From Desulfurella sp. (GTDB lineage Bacteria; Campylobacterota_A; Desulfurellia; Desulfurellales; Desulfurellaceae), in NCBI GenBank assembly GCA_031960885.1, contig JAVRLY010000035.1, positions 1 through 13,100 of the forward strand: a stretch of 13,100 bases of DNA, in the 5' to 3' direction. A program made the position numbers and the translations under genes. Numbering within the stretch: the stretch's first letter is position 1; every line of letters starts with the position of its first letter. Of this stretch, positions 1 to 6,815 are shown piece by piece. Below the pieces are notes generated by a model. It was not told the origin of the DNA. It did no database searches and saw only the letters and a list, made by a program, of their open reading frames with translations.

Positions 1-175
1 CAATATCGCCAAGCCCAGCAGCTCCAAGCATTGCATCTACAAGTGCATGCAACAAACAATCACCATCTGAGAAAGAGTATGCGCCAATATCGCTATCAAT
101 TTCAATGCCGCCAATGATTAGTTTATAGTTTTTTCCCAATCTGTGCAAATCGTACCCAATGCCCACTCTATACAT
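1..175 (-). CDS. ispF: 2-C-methyl-D-erythritol 2,4-cyclodiphosphate synthase, N-terminal part (runs off the left window edge; not in the ORF track)
   Basis: Manual translation from ATG 175: [58 protein letters not shown]. Matches IspF motifs GxGxDxH, xSDGD and HAxxDAxLGAxxLGDI. Zn ligands D9, H11 and H43 are present. Confidence 0.96.
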   Translation of the reverse strand, partial: MYRVGIGYDLHRLGKNYKLIIGGIEIDSDIGAYSFSDGDCLLHALVDAMLGAAGLGDI

Positions 176-210
176 GTTAATATTGTAGCATATTAGAAAT
201 TGATAGTAAA
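176..210 (-). promoter_or_regulatory. Putative sigma70 promoter for ispF (extended -10), placed to give a leaderless mRNA
   Basis: Minus strand: TTTACT (210-205), 17-bp spacer, TACAAT (187-182) preceded by TG (190-189), then 6 nt (ATTAAC) and the ATG at 175. No Shine-Dalgarno sequence upstream of the ATG. Confidence 0.6.
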
Positions 211-2508
211 ACCTTTTGGATGAGTAGTATCTTTTTTTGTTTTGATAATGGCTTTTGGAAAATAAAAACCACCATTAGATACTATTAAGTTTGGTATATC
301 CAGTTGATAGATTTCAGGTATTTGCCAAAAAGCCTCGCTAAGTCTTATAAAAAAATCGCTTAACTGTTTTTTGATTGAAATGTTTAGTATATTTTTATTG
401 TCAATTAAATTGATTAAATCTTCGCAATCTGAGAGCGTTAAAGGTAGTATTCTAACAACAGGAGACTTGTAGGCAATGTTGATTTCGCTTATGTAATAAG
501 AAATTCCTATTATGGCACTAAATAGCTTGTCATAGGCTATACCTATGCTTATAGTGTATAAGCTATCTTCAATAGCAGCTGGGTTTATACCTAAAAGCTC
601 AAAAAATAACCTTACTTCCATTTGTGTCAATTGGTATGTTTTTGTGCTTTTTGATAGATTGCTAATGTAGTTGCGTGCTTCTTTTATGTTAAAGTTTTGT
701 AAATCTTCGCTCCAAAAGTCGGGTATTTTTTTATAATTTGCATACCAGATAAGTTTTCCCAAAGCCCTCAGGGAGCGTTCAACAAAAGCGAATACGGGAA
801 TTTTTTTCTTTAGATGTTCTTTTTCTAATATTCTGTTTTTGTATTGCAGATAAGACAAGATATTGACTATGACTGTTTTATTATGCTCAATAGAATTAAC
901 TGTGTTTAAAATTTCGTTTAGAAAGTTATCCAAAAAATCACTACTTATATCTAAAGGGGGCGCAAAAATCACAACAATGTAATGAGAAGTCGATTGTGTT
1001 AAAAGCTCAATTAATGCATTTTTGTATGTTTCAATTTCAAAATTCTCAATATAAGCAATCCTATCTAGTTGTAAATTATTTGCTTCAAATGTATCTATTG
1101 CCATAAGATTTGCGCCAATAGAGTTTGATATCAATGATACATAGTTTGATTCGGACAAAAAATCACATGCATATGCAAGTAGTACATCGTCTAAAAGCTC
1201 TTCCAATGTTTCTGCTCTAATAATACCTGTCTGTTTAAATAAACCATCTACTGTGAAATCAGTATTAGAAAACACTACACTCTCATGTCTATTAATTGTT
1301 AGACTAATTGGAGTTTTTCCTGATTTAACAGCAAAAATAGGTTTTTGCTTAGAAATTTTTCTTGCAAGCAAAGAAAATCTAGCAGGGTTACCAAATGAAT
1401 CAAGGTATAATACTATTATGTCAATATTTTTATCATCTTGCCACAAATAGAGCAAATCATTGCTAGATACATCCACTTTATCTCCTAAGCTTGCAAAACA
1501 GCCGATGCCTAAGCCAATGTGCTCAAAAAAACCAACTAAGCTTATTCCAAGCAAATTGGAATGTGTGGCAATAGCTATATTCCCAACTTTTGGCAATTTT
1601 ATTGGGCTTATATTTACTTTTGTATCTATTGTGTTATAAAAAAAGCCAGTTGAGTTTGGTCCAATTAAACGAACCCCCTGTTTTCTTATTAGATTAATTA
1701 CTTCTGATTTCATAGGTTCATTTAGTTTGACTACTATTATTAAGACCTTCAGTGTATCTAACATCAAAAAATTTAGTACATTTTTACAATCAAACACATT
1801 TACAACTAGTATATCTGGTTTTTCATCGTTGACTTTTTTTATTATGTCGCACTCTGAGTTTATCATTATTGCATTTTTGTTGGATTGATATATGTTTTGC
1901 CAAAGTGGGCTGTTGCTACCAATATAAATAAGCTTTTGGGGTTTGATTAAATTGGATAGTGAAGCTTGTGTGGCAAACTTTTCTCTCACTAAGCGCAAAG
2001 ACATGACTCTGTTGAATCTAGATAATGGCAATTTTAAATGTATTGTTGAAGAGTCAAGTTTTTCGTGTGAAAGCTCAAATCCGCTATTTTTAAAAACACC
2101 AATCATATTGTAATTGTCTGCAAGCACTAGTGCTTCTAGTTCTTTTATACCGGCAAGCCAGGCAAACTTGGCTAATTCTTCAAGCAGTAGTGTGCCAATG
2201 CCTTTGCCTTGAAATTTATCTTGAACTAAGAAACTCACCTCTGCGCTTTGCGGGTTTTGTCCCATATTGTAACTAGCTATACCTACAATTTTGTCTTTAA
2301 CAATACATGCTAAAGTCACGTTATTTGAATCATTTTTAGTTAGAGATTCTAATAGTTTGTCATCTATTTGATTGGTTGCACTAAAGAACCTATAATATCT
2401 ACTTTCTGGCGATGTTTCTGAAATTAGTTCTCTAATTTGTTCTTTTTCATTTGGTTTAATTTTTCTTATACTACATAGCGTTCCGTCTTTTAAAATTAGT
2501 TTTCGCAT
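193..2508 (-). CDS. pat: Pat-type protein lysine acetyltransferase: N-terminal GNAT fused to a degenerate NDP-forming acyl-CoA synthetase-like module
   Basis: [35 protein letters not shown] (acetyl-CoA motif A), [15 protein letters not shown]-like region: [60 protein letters not shown] 2508 (MRKLILKDG, 771 aa) is preferred over the track's TTG 2568, which coincides with a TTGACA box. Confidence 0.85.
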   Translation of the reverse strand: MRKLILKDGTLCSIRKIKPNEKEQIRELISETSPESRYYRFFSATNQIDDKLLESLTKNDSNNVTLACIVKDKIVGIASYNMGQNPQSAEVSFLVQDKFQGKGIGTLLLEELAKFAWLAGIKELEALVLADNYNMIGVFKNSGFELSHEKLDSSTIHLKLPLSRFNRVMSLRLVREKFATQASLSNLIKPQKLIYIGSNSPLWQNIYQSNKNAIMINSECDIIKKVNDEKPDILVVNVFDCKNVLNFLMLDTLKVLIIVVKLNEPMKSEVINLIRKQGVRLIGPNSTGFFYNTIDTKVNISPIKLPKVGNIAIATHSNLLGISLVGFFEHIGLGIGCFASLGDKVDVSSNDLLYLWQDDKNIDIIVLYLDSFGNPARFSLLARKISKQKPIFAVKSGKTPISLTINRHESVVFSNTDFTVDGLFKQTGIIRAETLEELLDDVLLAYACDFLSESNYVSLISNSIGANLMAIDTFEANNLQLDRIAYIENFEIETYKNALIELLTQSTSHYIVVIFAPPLDISSDFLDNFLNEILNTVNSIEHNKTVIVNILSYLQYKNRILEKEHLKKKIPVFAFVERSLRALGKLIWYANYKKIPDFWSEDLQNFNIKEARNYISNLSKSTKTYQLTQMEVRLFFELLGINPAAIEDSLYTISIGIAYDKLFSAIIGISYYISEINIAYKSPVVRILPLTLSDCEDLINLIDNKNILNISIKKQLSDFFIRLSEAFWQIPEIYQLDIPNLIVSNGGFYFPKAIIKTKKDTTHPKGFTINF

Positions 2509-2537
2509 AATATTTTCTTTATTAAAATATTCTAACG

Positions 2538-2568
2538 ATATTAATACATATTTATTGCTATTTGTCAA
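2538..2568 (-). promoter_or_regulatory. Putative sigma70 promoter for pat
   Basis: Perfect TTGACA at 2568-2563 on the minus strand, followed 16-19 bp later by AT-rich -10 candidates (TATTAA 2546-2541, TAATAT 2543-2538). The -10 assignment is ambiguous. Confidence 0.45.
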
Positions 2569-2593
2569 ATTAATTAATTATATAATGTTTTGC

Positions 2594-2622
2594 TTGATAA
2601 ATATGCAAAATAAAAATATAAT
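2594..2622 (+). promoter_or_regulatory. sigma70 promoter for the ACT-paaK operon
   Basis: TTGATA (2594-2599), 17-bp spacer, TATAAT (2617-2622). Followed by SD GGAGG at 2633-2637 and the GTG start at 2644. Confidence 0.75.
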
Positions 2623-2643
2623 GTTAAAACTTGGAGGTGGATT

Positions 2644-3078
2644 GTGAGTTATAAAATAACACAAGTTTCTGTATTTATAGAAAATAAAAAAGGGCGTTTT
2701 TTTCATGTAACACAAATTTTAAAAGAGCATAACATAAACATAAGGGCTCTAAATTTGGCAGATACAAACGATTTTGGTATTTTGAGGTTTTGTGTAGATA
2801 AACCCGATGAAGCATATGAAGCTTTAAAAAAAGAACATTTTATTGTCAAAAAAAATGATATTTTGGCGGCCTTGATGGATGATAAACCAGGTGGTTTAAT
2901 GCATTTGCTTGAAGTTATAAATAAAGCTGATTTAAACATAGAGTATGTTTACACATTTGTTAATGCAAAAGATGGCCATGCTGTAATACTATTGAAATTT
3001 GAAGATATTGAGGAAGCTTATAATAAGCTAAAGGACAAAATAACTTTTTTGGATCAAGAGTATTTTAAACAAAATTAA
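2644..3078 (+). CDS. ACT-domain pair protein (COG4747-like, typically paaK-associated)
   Basis: QVSVFIENKKGR...NIRALNLADTNDFGILR and second repeat MDDKPGGL...LNIEYVYTF. 144 aa, GTG start with strong GGAGG SD. Confidence 0.9.
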   Translation: MSYKITQVSVFIENKKGRFFHVTQILKEHNINIRALNLADTNDFGILRFCVDKPDEAYEALKKEHFIVKKNDILAALMDDKPGGLMHLLEVINKADLNIEYVYTFVNAKDGHAVILLKFEDIEEAYNKLKDKITFLDQEYFKQN

Positions 3079-3090
3079 AAAGGAGCTTTT

Positions 3091-4389
3091 ATGTTTGAAC
3101 CTGAGTTTGAACTCTTAGATAGAGACCAAATTGAACAACTCCAAATAGATAGATTGCAAAAAACAGTTAAATATGCTTATGAAAATGTGTCTGTGTATAG
3201 AGAAAAATTTGATAGTGCAAAAATTAAGCCAGAGGATATAAAAAGTTTGGATGACATTGTAAAGTTACCATTCACAACAAAAGAAGATTTTAGAAAAAAC
3301 TATCCATATGGTATGTTTGCTATAAATGTGAAACATCTTGCGCGCATTCACGCATCAAGCGGAACAACAGGCAAATCAACTATTGTAGGTTATACCAAAA
3401 AAGACCTTGACACATGGAGCAGTTTGGTTGCAAGATTAGCTGCTTGTGCTGGTGTCACGCGTGACGATATTGTGCATATAGCATTTGGTTATGGCTTATT
3501 TACAGGTGGTTTTGGACTTCATTATGGACTTGAAAAGTTAGGCGCTACAATTATTCCAGTTTCAAGTGGAAACACAAAAAGACAAGCTCAGTTGATTACT
3601 GACTTAAAACCTACAGTGCTTGTGTGTACGCCTAGTTATGCTTTGCATATTGGAGAAACACTTGTAAAAGAAGGTATTGATATAAACAATATTAGTCTAA
3701 AAATTGGTTTATTTGGTGCGGAGCCGTGGAGTGAGCAAATGCGTAAAAAAATTGAAGAGAGTTTACATATCAAAGCTTATGATAACTATGGCCTAAGTGA
3801 AGTAATTGGGCCTGGTGTTAGTGCTGAGTGTGAATATCAAAATGGTATGCATATCTTTGAAGATAATTTTTATGCAGAAATTGTTGATCCAAATACTTTA
3901 CTTCCTGTTAAAGATGGAGAATATGGAGAACTAGTTATTACAACACTTACTAAAGAAGCTTTGCCTGTTATTAGATACAGGACAAGGGATATTACAAAAT
4001 TGGATAAGCAAAAATGCCATTGTGGTAGAAGTATGGCAAGAATGTCAAAGCCCATCGGCAGAAGTGACGATATGATGATAATAAGGGGTGTAAATGTTTT
4101 TCCAACACAGATTGAAGAGGCATTATTTAATATTGAAGGCGTCATGAGTGCTTATCAGATTATTTTAGAAAGAGAAGAGGCTTTAGATAAAGCAACGCTG
4201 CTTGTAGAAATAAATGAGAATATTTTCTTTGACGAGATGAGACAGCAAAGGTTAATGCTTGAGCATATTAAACATGAGTTAAAAACGATATTAGGTATAG
4301 AGTTTGAAGTAAAACTTGTAGAACCATACAGCTTAGAACGCAGTGAAGGAAAAGCAAAACGTATTATTGATAAAAGAGGTATTTACTGA
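3091..4389 (+). CDS. paaK: Phenylacetate-CoA ligase family (AMP-forming aryl-acetate CoA ligase)
   Basis: [11 protein letters not shown]-loop [68 protein letters not shown]-terminal [21 protein letters not shown] upstream. Confidence 0.95.
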   Translation: MFEPEFELLDRDQIEQLQIDRLQKTVKYAYENVSVYREKFDSAKIKPEDIKSLDDIVKLPFTTKEDFRKNYPYGMFAINVKHLARIHASSGTTGKSTIVGYTKKDLDTWSSLVARLAACAGVTRDDIVHIAFGYGLFTGGFGLHYGLEKLGATIIPVSSGNTKRQAQLITDLKPTVLVCTPSYALHIGETLVKEGIDINNISLKIGLFGAEPWSEQMRKKIEESLHIKAYDNYGLSEVIGPGVSAECEYQNGMHIFEDNFYAEIVDPNTLLPVKDGEYGELVITTLTKEALPVIRYRTRDITKLDKQKCHCGRSMARMSKPIGRSDDMMIIRGVNVFPTQIEEALFNIEGVMSAYQIILEREEALDKATLLVEINENIFFDEMRQQRLMLEHIKHELKTILGIEFEVKLVEPYSLERSEGKAKRIIDKRGIY

Positions 4390-4865
4390 TGAAAACACTG
4401 TGGGCGCCTTGGAGAATGGCATATATCCTAAGTGAAAAAAAGCCGAATGAGTGTGTTTTTTGTAAAGCTTTTGAAGATAAAAAAGATGAAGAAAACTATG
4501 TACTTTATAGGAGCAATTATTGTTTTGTTATAATGAATATATTTCCCTATAATCCAGGCCATATAATGGTTGTTCCAAACAGGCACATTAGTCATATTAA
4601 ATTGCTTGACGACAAAGAAAGCATTGATATTTTTTCTACAATTCAAGCATTTTGCGATATCTTAGAAAAAGCTTTCAAACCAGATGGTTTTAATATTGGA
4701 ATGAATATTGGAACGCATGCTGGCGCTGGTATAGCAGACCATATACATTTTCATATAGTTCCACGATGGAATGGTGATACAAACTTTATAAGTACAATTT
4801 GCGATACGAAAGTTATATCAGAAGGTTTACGTCAAACATATAATAAGATAAAGGAGTTCATTTGA
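4389..4865 (+). CDS. HIT-family protein (Fhit/Ap4A hydrolase-phosphorylase-like)
   Basis: LWAPWRMAY, CVFC, NIFPYNPGH, GFNIGMNIG, AGAGIADHIHFHIVPRWNGDTNF (HxHxH triad). TGATG overlap with the paaK stop. Confidence 0.93.
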   Translation: MKTLWAPWRMAYILSEKKPNECVFCKAFEDKKDEENYVLYRSNYCFVIMNIFPYNPGHIMVVPNRHISHIKLLDDKESIDIFSTIQAFCDILEKAFKPDGFNIGMNIGTHAGAGIADHIHFHIVPRWNGDTNFISTICDTKVISEGLRQTYNKIKEFI

Positions 4866-5155
4866 AAATTTTTAAAGTTTCAATAGTGTTGTTTTTTGCA
4901 TTTTTTACTTTTTTAGCAGCATATTACAATCAAAGCAAAGATATTGATTTAAATTTATTTGGCAAACATCTGCAATGTCCACTGTGGTTAGTAATAAGTG
5001 TGTTTTTTTTACTTGGTTTGATAGCAAATCAAATCGTTTGTATTATAGATGATATACACTACACAAAGAAGATCAAAGAATATAAGAAACTGATAAAGCA
5101 GTTAAAAGATGAAGTGGTTTCTTTGAGAAAGTTAACCATAAAGCAAGATGATTGA
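4862..5155 (+). CDS. lapA: Lipopolysaccharide assembly protein A (LapA/DUF1049) family membrane protein
   Basis: 97 aa with two hydrophobic helices (F..AYYNQ...L.LF...PLWLVI..FF.LG) and a C-terminal coiled coil. Lies immediately upstream of lapB. TTG start with AGGAG SD. Confidence 0.75.
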   Translation: MKIFKVSIVLFFAFFTFLAAYYNQSKDIDLNLFGKHLQCPLWLVISVFFLLGLIANQIVCIIDDIHYTKKIKEYKKLIKQLKDEVVSLRKLTIKQDD

Positions 5156-6257
5156 TTTTTTAAGATCAAATGCTCTATATTTGCTTAGCGGTGCAATAGC
5201 TTTATCAATTTTGGCGTACTATATATTGAAAGCTCAGAAAAGAAAACTGCAAAAAAGAAAAATTATACTTTATTTAAAGGGTATAAACTACATTATAGAA
5301 GATAAAACGGATAAAGCGATTGAAGAGCTTACAAATGCCATTGACCTTGAACCAGACCTTGTAGATGTGTATATTAGTATTGGAAATCTTTTTAGAAAAA
5401 AAGGCGAGATTAATAGGGCACTCATTATACACAAAGGTTTACTTGCAAGAAAACTAGATAGAGAAAAAAAGATTGAGGTTTATATAAATATTGGCATAGA
5501 TTACAAAAAAGCTGGGTTATACGATCGGGCAAAGGAAACATTTAAGAATGCATTGTCGCTGGATCCCAAAAATCAAACAGTTAAGAAATATTTAGAAGAG
5601 GTGTATGAAGATTCAAAAGATTGGGAAAGCGCACTTGAGTGGCAAAAACGTTTTGGTGAAAACAAAAAAATTACTGCCCACATTTATTGCGAATTAGGAA
5701 AAAAAGTTCTAAAGGAATCAAATGATGTTGATTTAGCCTATCATTATTTTTCTCTGGCTTTAGATGATGATAAAAATTGCTTTGATGCACTGTTAAGTTT
5801 AGGTATCTTGCACTATGCCAAAAATGATAAAAAAGAAGCTTTTCAATTGTGGTTTAGAGCCGTAAATGTCAAAAATGAATTTTTCCACTTAATCTTGGAT
5901 AAAATTCAAGATAAGACAGATATGTATAATTTTATAAAGAAAGTACTAGTTTATAATCCCAAATCTTATTACATCCTATACTTCAGTGCTTTGTACTTAT
6001 TAAAGATTGATAAGCATAAAAAAGCGTTTTCACTTTTAAATATGATGCTAAAAAATAACAATGTACCGCAAAACGCTTTACTGCTTGCAATAAAATGCTT
6101 GGCAAAAGACATTAGTAATGAAAAACTTGATTTTTTGACATCTAAGCTCCAAAACAATATAAAGTATGTGTGCAAATCCTGTGGATACTCTACGCATCTA
6201 TTCTTTTGGAAGTGCCAAAAATGCAGAACTTGGGATAGTGTTAAAGTGGAGCTATAA
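5148..6257 (+). CDS. lapB: Lipopolysaccharide assembly protein B (LapB/YciM): TM anchor, TPRs, rubredoxin-like domain
   Basis: YLKGINYIIEDKTDKAI, IGNLFRKKGEINRALIIH, GIDYKKAGLYDRA, and C-terminal YVCKSCG...FWKCQKCRTWDS (CxxC..CxxC). Confidence 0.88.
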   Translation: MIDFLRSNALYLLSGAIALSILAYYILKAQKRKLQKRKIILYLKGINYIIEDKTDKAIEELTNAIDLEPDLVDVYISIGNLFRKKGEINRALIIHKGLLARKLDREKKIEVYINIGIDYKKAGLYDRAKETFKNALSLDPKNQTVKKYLEEVYEDSKDWESALEWQKRFGENKKITAHIYCELGKKVLKESNDVDLAYHYFSLALDDDKNCFDALLSLGILHYAKNDKKEAFQLWFRAVNVKNEFFHLILDKIQDKTDMYNFIKKVLVYNPKSYYILYFSALYLLKIDKHKKAFSLLNMMLKNNNVPQNALLLAIKCLAKDISNEKLDFLTSKLQNNIKYVCKSCGYSTHLFFWKCQKCRTWDSVKVEL

Positions 6258-6815
6258 ATGTTTTATGCATTAGAAGGAAGGGTTACACTTAAAAAACATT
6301 CAACTGTTGTATTAAATATAGGTGGTATTCATTTTGACATTACAGTAAGCTTATTAACCTATTTAAGCGTTGAAATAAATCAGAAAGCTAAGCTATTTAC
6401 CGAATTGGTTGTTAGTGAAAATGGTTTTAGATTGTATGGTTTTTTAAGTGAAGAGGAAAAGTATTTATTTAACGAATTAAGAAAAATAACAAAAATTGGT
6501 GCGCGCACAGCTATATCAATACTATCGAAATTTTCTCCACAAGAGTTAAAGTATATAATTGCAAATAAAAAGTTAGATCAACTGTTAAGTGTGCCAGGTG
6601 TAGGAAAAAAAACGGCCAGTACAATTATTTTGGAGTTATCCGACAAAGTGCTTGCAAGCGACGAAAAGCTAGTAGAGTTATTGGATATTTTAACAAATAG
6701 TTTAGGGTTTTCAAAAGAACAAGTTTACCCGATTGTAGAAAAAATCTACCAAGAAAAGCCCGATTTGGATGTCGCGAGCTTAATCAAGGAAATATTAAAA
6801 AGGTTGCGACAATGA
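6258..6815 (+). CDS. ruvA: Holliday junction branch migration protein RuvA
   Basis: OB-fold start (LEGRV...VVLNIGGI), RLYGF, HhH motifs KIGARTAISIL and VPGVGKKTA, domain III SLGFS. Confidence 0.95.
   Translation: MFYALEGRVTLKKHSTVVLNIGGIHFDITVSLLTYLSVEINQKAKLFTELVVSENGFRLYGFLSEEEKYLFNELRKITKIGARTAISILSKFSPQELKYIIANKKLDQLLSVPGVGKKTASTIILELSDKVLASDEKLVELLDILTNSLGFSKEQVYPIVEKIYQEKPDLDVASLIKEILKRLRQ

Noticed and set aside
1253..1450. 65-aa plus-strand ORF
   Set aside because: Antisense shadow inside pat, with no recognisable motif or RBS.
2509..2568. 20-codon N-terminal extension of the 791-aa ORF from TTG 2568
   Set aside because: The TTG is part of a TTGACA -35-like box with no SD. GNAT-like sequence begins at ATG 2508 (MRKLILKDG).
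2703..4646. Minus-strand ORFs 2703-2939, 3870-4145 and 4428-4646
   Set aside because: Antisense shadows of the well-supported ACT, paaK and HIT genes, with no motifs.
6200..6260. Possible SOS/LexA box or internal promoter ahead of ruvA
   Set aside because: No convincing palindrome or -35/-10 pair seen. ruvA directly abuts the lapB stop.
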